Below are positions 1-6,789 of a DNA stretch of 10,582 nt, in pieces. The DNA comes from Candidatus Nanohaloarchaea archaeon (lineage in GTDB: Archaea > Nanohalarchaeota > Nanosalinia > Nanosalinales > Nanosalinaceae): contig JBEQAY010000032.1 of the NCBI GenBank assembly GCA_041640075.1, positions 1-10,582 on the forward strand. The letters are read 5' to 3'. Position 1 is the stretch's first letter. Each line of letters opens with the position of its first letter. Both the position numbers and the translations under genes were made by a program. Below the pieces are notes generated by a model. The model was not told the DNA's origin, did no database searches, and worked only from the letters and a program-made list of their open reading frames with translations.

Positions 1-2643
1 GAAATCTGCGGAGAACCGGAGTGCGGCGACGGATACACATTCATCAACGATTCACCGACTACCGAGACACTGACACACACCGAGTCCTGGGAATTATTCG
101 AGGACTTCATGGTTGACCGCGGATACGAATCAATTGATAGATATCCTGTCGTGGCCCGTTGGAGAGATGATGTAGAGTTCACAGGCGCAAGCATCTACTG
201 CTTCCAGCCATACGTAGTTTCAGGTGAAGCGGAGCCGCCAGCAGAAGAATTAATCATACCGCAACCATCCCTACGTTTCAACGACGTCGACAACGTTGGC
301 ATAACCGGGAGACACTACACCAACTTCACTATGATCGGTCAGACGTGCTTCAAGGAAGGCAAAGAGTACGATCAGGACCGCTACTTCCGCGACATGTTCG
401 AGTTCACGACACAGGTCCTTGGAATACCTGAAGAAAAACTTATACTACACGAAGACAGCTGGGGCGGAGGAGGAAACCTGGGCGCATGCATGGAGTTCTT
501 CGTAGACGGCCTGGAACTATTTAATCAGGTCTACATGTTCTACGAGCAGACTCCCGAAGGCTACGAGGATCTCGATCTGAAAGTCCTCGACATGGGAATG
601 GGACACGAAAGAATCACCTGGATCTCCAACGGCACCGAGACCTCGTACGAGTCGGTCATGCCGGAGACCCTGGAGAAGATGAAGGAGCGGACCGGCCTGG
701 AAATAGACCAGGAGGTATGGGAGAAGTTCCTGCCACACTCCAGCGAACTCAACATCGATGAGGTAGAAGATATTGAAGAAAAATGGGAAGAAATAGCAGA
801 AAAGATAGACGAAGACGTTGGCGAACTTAAGGCTGAAATAAAGCCAGCAGCAGGCCTTTACTCGGTAGCAGAACACACCCGCGCACTGATATTTGCCTTA
901 GCTGATGGAAAGATTCCTTCCAATACAGGAGGAGGCTACAATCTGAGGATGATCTACAGGCGGGCCCAGGACTTCATTGAGAAATATGAATGGGATCTTG
1001 ACATGGTTGAAGTTGCCAGATGGAACGCTGAAGAGCTTGAAGACATGTTCCCTGAGCTCCTGGCCTCGATGGATGAGATAGAGGAAATTCTCAGAGTAGA
1101 AAAAGAAAAATACGTAAGGGCAAGAGAGAAAGCCCGTGAACAGCTGGAGAAAGTTGAAGGCCAGCCATCAGTAGAGGAAATGATCGAGCTGTACGAATCT
1201 CACGGCGTCTCACCCGAGATGATGGAGGGATACGGCCTCGACGTGCCCGAAGATTTCTACACACTTGTCAGCGAGGAGGATGAAACTGTGACAGCTGCGG
1301 AGGAAAAATTTGATGTAGAAGGCCTTCCCGATACAGAGAAACTTTACTACGAGCGACGTGAGCCTTACAGGCAGGATGGAAAAACTCAGCACTTTAATTT
1401 CAAGGCTGAGGTAGAGGCTATTGTAGATGATAATTGGATTATTCTTGATAGGACTATGTTCTACCCTCAGGGCGGTGGTCAGCGCCATGACGTTGGAAAG
1501 ATCAACGGCCATCAGGTCGAGGAAGTTCAGAAACAGGGCAACGTGGTACTCCATCGAGCACCAGAGCACGAACTTGAAGCAGGGAAGCGCGTGAAGGGTG
1601 TCGTCAACGGTGAGAAAAGGAAACAGTTGACCCAGCACCACTCCACGACCCACATGGTGAATGCTGCAGCAAGAGAAGAACTAGGCGAACATATCTACCA
1701 GGCCGGAGCCAACAAGACACTGGAGAAAGCAAGGCTTGATATAACACACTACGAGAAGCTTTCGCGTGAAGACCTGGACGAGATCGAGGCCCGTGTCAGG
1801 AATATAATTAACGAAGATCATAACATCAACGTCCTGGAAATGGAGAAATCTGGCGCTGAACGGGAGTACGGGTTCAGGATCTATCAGGGAGGTGCACCGC
1901 CAGGAAACACGATCCGCCTCATCGATATCGAAAATGTAGATATCGAGGCCTGTGGAGGCACTCACTTGACGAAAACTTCCCATGCAGAGGAGTTCGTTAT
2001 TACAGGCTGTAGGAGGATTCAAGATGGAGTAGTCCGCTTGGAGTATAAAGCTGGAGCAGCTGCCAGAGAATTCCAGCAGAGTATTGAAGACAGGATGGGT
2101 AAAATTTCAGGTCTTCTGGAAGTCCCTCTTAAATCCCGGCCGCGGCTTGTCCAGAGGGAGCTATGCGAAATATTCTCAGTTGAACCAGATCAACTTGTAG
2201 ATACAGTTGAGAGATTCCAAGAAGAGGTAAGCGAATATAGGGAAACTATAGAGAAAATCTCCAGCTTCCTCAGTAAAGATGTCGAACTGGATGAGTTAGA
2301 TGGGAAAAACGTTGCAGGGAAGTCGAGAAAGCTTTTTGAGAAGCGTAAAAGACTTGAGAAAAAAGTTGAAGACCTTGAATCAGAGATAGAAGATTTCCTG
2401 GAGAACGAGATCAGAGAGAACAACCTGAATGATATCGAGGCTGAAGTTCCTACCGATAACGTCGGTCTCTTGATTCAGGTAGCTCAGAAGCTATCCAGCA
2501 AACATCAAGCTTGCATCACACTGATTGGTGAAAAAGGTGCTGTCTCCGCATCTGAAACCGATAAGAGTGCAAAGAAGAAGCTGCAAAAGTATTCGGAAAA
2601 TGTTCAGGGAGACGAAAGCTTTGCGAAAGCCTTTGACATCTAG
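1..2643 (+). CDS. alaS: Alanine--tRNA ligase, archaeal type (5' end lies upstream of the window)
   Basis: Frame 1 is open from base 1 (EICGEPECGDGYTFI..., part of the archaeal N-terminal Cys cluster), so the ORF-track ATG at 109 is internal. It has archaeal AlaRS signatures YPVVARWRDD, QPSLRFND.DNVG.TGRH, W.GGGN.G..E, DMGMGHER and PSN.GGGY.LR. Editing-domain Zn ligands HSTTH (1639-1653) and CGGTH (1951-1965) are present. Stop TAG 2641-2643. Confidence 0.98.
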   Translation, partial: EICGEPECGDGYTFINDSPTTETLTHTESWELFEDFMVDRGYESIDRYPVVARWRDDVEFTGASIYCFQPYVVSGEAEPPAEELIIPQPSLRFNDVDNVGITGRHYTNFTMIGQTCFKEGKEYDQDRYFRDMFEFTTQVLGIPEEKLILHEDSWGGGGNLGACMEFFVDGLELFNQVYMFYEQTPEGYEDLDLKVLDMGMGHERITWISNGTETSYESVMPETLEKMKERTGLEIDQEVWEKFLPHSSELNIDEVEDIEEKWEEIAEKIDEDVGELKAEIKPAAGLYSVAEHTRALIFALADGKIPSNTGGGYNLRMIYRRAQDFIEKYEWDLDMVEVARWNAEELEDMFPELLASMDEIEEILRVEKEKYVRAREKAREQLEKVEGQPSVEEMIELYESHGVSPEMMEGYGLDVPEDFYTLVSEEDETVTAAEEKFDVEGLPDTEKLYYERREPYRQDGKTQHFNFKAEVEAIVDDNWIILDRTMFYPQGGGQRHDVGKINGHQVEEVQKQGNVVLHRAPEHELEAGKRVKGVVNGEKRKQLTQHHSTTHMVNAAAREELGEHIYQAGANKTLEKARLDITHYEKLSREDLDEIEARVRNIINEDHNINVLEMEKSGAEREYGFRIYQGGAPPGNTIRLIDIENVDIEACGGTHLTKTSHAEEFVITGCRRIQDGVVRLEYKAGAAAREFQQSIEDRMGKISGLLEVPLKSRPRLVQRELCEIFSVEPDQLVDTVERFQEEVSEYRETIEKISSFLSKDVELDELDGKNVAGKSRKLFEKRKRLEKKVEDLESEIEDFLENEIRENNLNDIEAEVPTDNVGLLIQVAQKLSSKHQACITLIGEKGAVSASETDKSAKKKLQKYSENVQGDESFAKAFDI

Positions 2644-2674
2644 GAAATAAATTAAGAGATAAAAAGAGGAGTTT
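2644..2674 (-). terminator. Pyrimidine-rich tract between convergent genes, putative archaeal terminator
   Basis: The minus strand reads AAACTCCTCTTTTTATCTCTTAATTTATTTC directly after the stop of the 2675-3232 gene. Confidence 0.4.
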
Positions 2675-3232
2675 CTAGAGCACTCCTAGCTGCTGGCATC
2701 TAGCTGCCACATCTCCAAGGTCTGTCAGAGTGTTACAGACTGCTTCTTCTACTCCTCTTACTGTAACGTTCTCTACCACTTCCTGCTGAGGTGCTGGTCC
2801 TCTCTGTGACATTAGTCCGCCCTGTACGACCACTGCAGGGAACTCATTTAGACCGTTTCTGGATACTATTTCCGAGCCCTGGGTTGAACTCATGATCTGT
2901 ATGTATACTCTGTCGCCGAATCTTTCCTGAACCTGCTGGAGGTCTCTCAGCCCGTCTATCTGTGTTTCGTTGTCGTAGTACGCGTTGACAAAAACTGTGT
3001 CATCTCTGGCAGCTATGACGACCTGTTCAGTAAATGATTTGTTGAATGTGCCTTCTACATAGTTCTGTGAAGGCGCAGTGAAGTTCCTGTCCTCTGTGTC
3101 CTGATTGGCTGCTGAAGGACCTGACTGGCCTCCACCACCATACACAAGGAAAGTTGCTCCGAATCCAACTGTGATCAATACTGCTACGGCCAGGTTGCCG
3201 TACTGACTTAACTTCTTTTTCAGTGCTCCCAT
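2675..3232 (-). CDS. Hypothetical membrane-anchored/exported protein (185 aa), possible thioredoxin-like fold without CxxC
   Basis: Start moved to ATG 3232 (MGALKKKLSQ...), which removes the overlap with the + gene at 3285 and places TTTATTAT about 25-30 nt upstream. A basic N-terminus is followed by a hydrophobic helix (LAVAVLITVGFGATFLVYG) and a Gly/Ser linker. The segments VFVNAYY...RVYIQIM...GLNEFPAVVVQ resemble thioredoxin-fold strands with the cis-Pro motif. There is a C-terminal Cys pair (VCNTL...RCQQL). Confidence 0.8.
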   Translation of the reverse strand: MGALKKKLSQYGNLAVAVLITVGFGATFLVYGGGGQSGPSAANQDTEDRNFTAPSQNYVEGTFNKSFTEQVVIAARDDTVFVNAYYDNETQIDGLRDLQQVQERFGDRVYIQIMSSTQGSEIVSRNGLNEFPAVVVQGGLMSQRGPAPQQEVVENVTVRGVEEAVCNTLTDLGDVAARCQQLGVL

Positions 3233-3284
3233 GTTCTGAAGTTGTGCAGGAAATAATAAAGGGTTTACTTTCCAACTCCAGAGT
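3233..3284. promoter_or_regulatory. 52-bp divergent promoter region
   Basis: AT-rich core AAATAATAAAGGGTTTACTTT. The minus strand gives TTTATTAT ahead of ATG 3232; the plus strand gives AATAATAAA/TTTACTT ahead of ATG 3285. No Shine-Dalgarno is evident. Confidence 0.5.
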
Positions 3285-3686
3285 ATGATCGTAGGATTTA
3301 ACGTCAACAGTATCGACGCGGAAAAAGCAGATAACGTAGGAGGAAACCTTCAGATAAACTACGTTCCAGACATCAAAAATGTTTCATCAGTATCCGTACC
3401 AGCATTCGAAAACGAGGTCGCAAAAATCGAGTTCAGCTTCCTTGTAGAGTACAACGCAGGAGACTCTACACCCGCACACATCGAGATGGAAGGTAACATC
3501 CTCTGGAACGGCGACACCGAATCAGTCGTCGAAACCTGGGAAAACGAAGGCAACCTGCCTCAGAACATCAGGGCGCCACTGATGAACGACCTGTACAGAA
3601 AGCTTCTATCAGAGGCAACAGGAATCGCAGACACTTTGAACATGTTGCCACCGATACCAACACCACAGGTACAGCAGAACCAGTAA
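3285..3686 (+). CDS. Conserved archaeal protein, probable SecB-like fold (133 aa)
   Basis: Four predicted beta strands (IVGFNVNSIDAE, LQINYVPDI, VAKIEFSFLVEY, AHIEMEGNILW) are followed by helices and a C-terminal LNMLPPIPTPQV, resembling the SecB-type 'GFPPLxL' ending. Codon usage matches the housekeeping genes. The CDS is secure; the fold assignment is inference. Confidence 0.75.
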   Translation: MIVGFNVNSIDAEKADNVGGNLQINYVPDIKNVSSVSVPAFENEVAKIEFSFLVEYNAGDSTPAHIEMEGNILWNGDTESVVETWENEGNLPQNIRAPLMNDLYRKLLSEATGIADTLNMLPPIPTPQVQQNQ

Positions 3687-3700
3687 AGGAAAATTATTCC

Positions 3701-3733
3701 CCGCCACTCACATCTTCTTTATCTCCTTTATCT
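3701..3733 (+). terminator. Pyrimidine-rich tract after the SecB-like gene, putative terminator
   Basis: CATCTTCTTTATCTCCTTTATCT lies between convergent stops at 3686 and 3734. Confidence 0.4.
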
Positions 3734-3943
3734 TCATCTGTAGACGCTTACCATCCTTCTCTTCCTACCCAGTACTTCACGAGTATATGTCTCAACTTTA
3801 CCTTCCTTCTCCAGAGCGTTAAGCAGCCTGTGAATATCCTGCTCCATCCAGGAAAGTTCCTGAGAGATTCCTTCTGCACTGGGTTTTCTGCCGTCTTCAA
3901 CCACTTCTCGGCATTTCTCCAGCACCTGGTTTTTCCTGTCCAT
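3734..3943 (-). CDS. Small winged helix-turn-helix protein (69 aa), putative DNA-binding regulator
   Basis: The likely start is ATG 3943 (MDRKNQVLEK...); the 176-aa ORF-track version is shadow of the + strand gene. The pattern PSAEGISQELSW-MEQDIHRLLNALEKEGKVE followed by a basic wing (VLGRKRRMVSVYR) is typical of wHTH proteins. Confidence 0.85.
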   Translation of the reverse strand: MDRKNQVLEKCREVVEDGRKPSAEGISQELSWMEQDIHRLLNALEKEGKVETYTREVLGRKRRMVSVYR

Positions 3944-3982
3944 ACAACAAACTATAAACCTGAAACAAGTTAAAACACTGGT
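3944..3982. promoter_or_regulatory. 39-bp overlapping divergent promoters
   Basis: Plus-strand TATAAA at 3953-3958 is 25-30 nt before ATG 3983. Minus-strand TTTTAAC at 3975-3969 is 26-32 nt before ATG 3943. Confidence 0.6.
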
Positions 3983-4216
3983 ATGGGACTTGAAGACGCG
4001 GAAAAAGAGATAGAGGATAGAGATTACAAGAAAGCTATGGAGGATATCCAGGACCAGATCAAAGACGTTGAAGATGATTTTGAAACCGTGAAGACTGACG
4101 AAGCAGATGGAGAGCTGGCCGAGAAACAGAAAAAAGCGGAAGAGATACTGGGAGAGATCCATGACCAGGTTGATTTCCTGCGTGAGCAGGTTGAAAGGAT
4201 GGATGAAGAAGAGTAA
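3983..4216 (+). CDS. Small acidic coiled-coil hypothetical protein (77 aa)
   Basis: Heptad-like hydrophobic spacing in two helices (AMEDIQDQIKDVEDDF; AEEILGEIHDQVDFLREQVERM), host-like acidic composition and a TATA box at the expected distance. Confidence 0.8.
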   Translation: MGLEDAEKEIEDRDYKKAMEDIQDQIKDVEDDFETVKTDEADGELAEKQKKAEEILGEIHDQVDFLREQVERMDEEE

Positions 4217-4219
4217 AAG

Positions 4220-4260
4220 GAAACAGTTAAAAATTTTTAAAGACATATACAAAACTGTGA
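4220..4260 (+). promoter_or_regulatory. hsp20 promoter: A-rich BRE plus TATA within a palindrome
   Basis: TTTTTAAA at 4234-4241 is about 27-34 nt before ATG 4268. It overlaps a perfect 14-bp palindrome TTAAAAATTTTTAA (4227-4240) and is flanked by inverted ACAGTT (4223-4228) / AACTGT (4253-4258). Confidence 0.6.
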
Positions 4261-4267
4261 TCAAATT

Positions 4268-4693
4268 ATGAGACGACTCAAAAGACAGGACGACCTAGAT
4301 GACATCTTCAAACAGATGGAAAACGTGTTCAATCAGTTCCAGGAGAAAGGTATGAACTTCGCATCAGAACTGAAGCCTAACTTCCCTGTAGACATCGCAG
4401 AGGAGGAAGGCGAATTTGTCATCACAGCTGACCTGCCAGGCGTAGACAAAGAAGAAATCAACATCACAGCAGATGAGGAATCAGTGGAGATTTCCGCCGA
4501 ATCCAGTGCCGAACTAGAGGAAGAAAATGAGAAGTACTACAGAAAGGAGAGGTCTACACGAAGATTCAACAGGAGAGTAAACTTCCCTTCAAAGGTAGAC
4601 GCTGCAACAGTCGAAGCGGAATACGAAGACGGTGTTCTAACTATTACAGCGGAGAAAGAAGAGGAAGAAGGTAGAGAAGTTGAAATAGAGTAA
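4268..4693 (+). CDS. hsp20: Small heat shock protein Hsp20/alpha-crystallin family
   Basis: Motifs PVDIAEE...ITADLPGVDKEEI, YYRKER...FNRRVNFP and AEYEDGVLTITAEK. Confidence 0.97.
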   Translation: MRRLKRQDDLDDIFKQMENVFNQFQEKGMNFASELKPNFPVDIAEEEGEFVITADLPGVDKEEINITADEESVEISAESSAELEEENEKYYRKERSTRRFNRRVNFPSKVDAATVEAEYEDGVLTITAEKEEEEGREVEIE

Positions 4694-4699
4694 ATAACA

Positions 4700-4748
4700 C
4701 CCTCTTACATATTTTTACTTTCTATATTACCTTCAGATTCTCTCTTTC
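4700..4748 (+). terminator. T/C-rich tract after hsp20, putative terminator
   Basis: CCTCTTACATATTTTTACTTTCTATATTACCTTC follows stop 4693. Confidence 0.45.
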
Positions 4749-4784
4749 AGAAAATTTTTAACATTACAGTCCTCTGTAACAGTC
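4749..4784 (+). promoter_or_regulatory. Promoter of the phosphoesterase gene with an operator-like inverted repeat
   Basis: AGAAAA then TTTTTAAC (4755-4762), 23-30 nt before GTG 4785. It is followed by TTACAG-TCCT-CTGTAA (4764-4779). Confidence 0.55.
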
Positions 4785-5714
4785 GTGGGCACGGAAGAGA
4801 TACTCTACGAGATAGAGGGTGTGCCTGATACTTTCTACGAAGAAGCTCGTGAAAACGTTGTTCTAGCTGGCGACGTACATGTTATGGATGAGAAGCCGGC
4901 CGAAAGACTGGCGTACGCAAGAGAATTTGCCGGCGACATCAATGAGGCACTGGACAGATATAACGCGGACACCGTAGTTTTCAACGGTGATACCGGAAGC
5001 CCGGATCACATCGGGACAATACTGGAGGAACTAGAGGCATCTCAGGCAATTTTTATAGAAGGAGATGAAGACAGGAAGAAGGATAAGGAGATAAATTACA
5101 ACGGCTGGGCAAATCTTCTGGAGAAAGAAGGAGCAGAACACTTCGATACAGATGTAGATTACAGGTTAGAAGACGAACATATGAGGCTTGATGAAGCCAT
5201 TGATCTTCCAGGACATTATCCAGTCCATGTACAGCATTTTCCAGAGGATTGCCAGGATTCAGAGCATGATCTAGGTTTCCAGGCCACCTGGTTCGCAAAC
5301 CCACTGGCTTACGAACTTGATGCATACGATATTTCTTCAAGCATGAACGAGATGCCGCAAGTCGGTATACACAGCCACAACCACGGATACGACGCGCAGC
5401 AGATCGGTAAAACAGCTCTGATATCTCTACCAGGCGGCAGAAGCAACTACGTGACGAATGGAAACCTGCCGGAAAACGGTCTGGCAGCTATCAGCTTCGG
5501 AAAGAACGATCTGGAGGTAGTACATCAGGCACGGGAAACTGGAGTTATACAGGAGTCACAGAGATTCAGGGAGACCAAGAAAGGCTTCAAGATGGTTGAC
5601 TCAAAAGGTAAAGCACATTTCACACCGCTGGACAGATACGAGAAAGGGGAACTGCCTCCAAAATACCTGCAACATCTTCTCGAAAGCCCGAACAGGAAAA
5701 GGATAAACCACTGA
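4785..5714 (+). CDS. Calcineurin-like metallophosphoesterase, divergent (309 aa)
   Basis: Five motifs occur in the correct order: GD30xH32, FNG68D69, G93DED (in place of GNH[D/E]), VQH151 and SH198NH200, followed by ISLPG. The GTG start is supported by TATA spacing. Confidence 0.85.
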   Translation: MGTEEILYEIEGVPDTFYEEARENVVLAGDVHVMDEKPAERLAYAREFAGDINEALDRYNADTVVFNGDTGSPDHIGTILEELEASQAIFIEGDEDRKKDKEINYNGWANLLEKEGAEHFDTDVDYRLEDEHMRLDEAIDLPGHYPVHVQHFPEDCQDSEHDLGFQATWFANPLAYELDAYDISSSMNEMPQVGIHSHNHGYDAQQIGKTALISLPGGRSNYVTNGNLPENGLAAISFGKNDLEVVHQARETGVIQESQRFRETKKGFKMVDSKGKAHFTPLDRYEKGELPPKYLQHLLESPNRKRINH

Positions 5715-5723
5715 AGCAAAAAA

Positions 5724-6737
5724 CTAGCTTATCCGTATAAAAGCAGTATCTTCAGCCCTGTCAAGCTTCACATCGAAACCAAATTTCTCTACCACGTGTG
5801 CATTCGACCGTACGTGCGAATTTACCTCTGGAGCAGTGTATTCGCCACCTATAATCGCTGCGAACACCATCAGCTGATCGGCCATGTACTCATCAACAGC
5901 CGCCTCCGACTCATGAAAACCCATGAAGTCCTGGAAGGCCTGTTCAGCGACTTTCTCGGATCTCTTCCCTCTCTCGCCTAGAGCGTCGAATCCCGCGACA
6001 GAATTTTCATAGACTGCCTTGATCAGAAGAGCGGAGCCTGTGGAGGTGGAACCCACGTACTCGAAATTTTTCTCTATATCAGTTGACACAAATTTTTTCT
6101 TCAGCTTTTTCGCGACTTCGTCGGCCTGAGGCTCGGCCACATTATTTTCCTTCAGATCTTCAGATGCCGTGGAGTAAATCTCGAATCTTTCCAGTTCTCC
6201 ACGCTCCAGTAGTTCAAATTTCTCCATGGCGTAATCCTCTGTCTCCAGGCGAAGGTTTCCACCGCCTTTCGGATAAAAACCTGTATTTTTCACCTCTAGC
6301 TCAGCTTCGAGGCCCAGTTTTTCCAGTAGAGGAAGTTTAACGTGTCTGTAGTATAGTGATGATGGGCTCCATTTCACATCGGTGCCTCCTTTCGCATCTA
6401 TGCGGAAACTTTCGTTGAACTGTGTTGTGATAGGCAGGACTGTATCAAGCAGTAGAGTTGTGCTTCCTGCTGTTCCGATGTTCACGGTGAATGATTCGTT
6501 CCTGTACTTTCCGGACTTGAAGACTATTTTTTCTGAGCCTTTCTCCAGGCCTTCTACTTTGGCATCGCAGAGTCTTTTCGCGGCTTTAACGCATTCCATG
6601 TGCTGGTTTTTCAGGCCTGGATTTTTCCGGTTGCCTCTGATATTCTCCATTCTGAAGTTTTGTCCGGTGACTGCTGAGAGTGTCAGAGCTGTTCTCAGCA
6701 TCTGGCCTCCACCTCTCTCACCGTTTATCTCGATCAT
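5724..6737 (-). CDS. rtcA: RNA 3'-terminal phosphate cyclase
   Basis: Motifs GGGQMLRTAL.LS, IR.NR..PGL.NQH, IGTAGS..LLL, GGTDV.WSP, GFYPKGGG and VDEYMADQL, plus the adenylated-His motif SHVRSN. Confidence 0.96.
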   Translation of the reverse strand: MIEINGERGGGQMLRTALTLSAVTGQNFRMENIRGNRKNPGLKNQHMECVKAAKRLCDAKVEGLEKGSEKIVFKSGKYRNESFTVNIGTAGSTTLLLDTVLPITTQFNESFRIDAKGGTDVKWSPSSLYYRHVKLPLLEKLGLEAELEVKNTGFYPKGGGNLRLETEDYAMEKFELLERGELERFEIYSTASEDLKENNVAEPQADEVAKKLKKKFVSTDIEKNFEYVGSTSTGSALLIKAVYENSVAGFDALGERGKRSEKVAEQAFQDFMGFHESEAAVDEYMADQLMVFAAIIGGEYTAPEVNSHVRSNAHVVEKFGFDVKLDRAEDTAFIRIS

Positions 6738-6789
6738 AAGTTTTCATGAGTCCGGAGTTATTTGAATCTGGCCGGAAAATTTTCCCTGT
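6738..6789. promoter_or_regulatory. 52-bp divergent promoter region rtcA / ybaK
   Basis: TTATTTGAAT at about 6758-6767 lies centrally. A perfect palindrome GGAAAATTTTCC at 6774-6785 sits just before ATG 6790. Confidence 0.45.

Noticed and set aside
109..111. ATG 109 as the alaS start
   Set aside because: The frame is open to base 1 and encodes conserved N-terminal AlaRS sequence, so the true start is upstream of the window.
517..2423. Minus-strand ORFs inside alaS (517-876, 561-755, 1210-1653, 1681-2022, 2190-2423)
   Set aside because: Antisense shadows of a strongly supported gene, with F/L/S-rich composition unlike this acidic proteome.
3233..3307. 25-aa N-terminal extension of the 210-aa ORF
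   Set aside because: It overlaps the divergent gene and the promoter; ATG 3232 gives a proper signal-anchor N-terminus.
3027..3553. Alternative ORFs 3027-3275 and 3359-3553
   Set aside because: They overlap better-supported genes and show no motifs or host-like composition.
3285..4216. SecB-like + wHTH + small protein as a toxin-antitoxin-chaperone (TAC) operon
   Set aside because: The genes are convergent/divergent rather than co-transcribed, and no HigB/RelE-like toxin is recognisable.
3944..4264. Hydrophobic N-terminal half of the 176-aa minus ORF (looks like a membrane-tethered regulator)
   Set aside because: It is the reverse complement of the GAA/AAA-rich 3983-4216 gene, so its hydrophobicity is an artefact.
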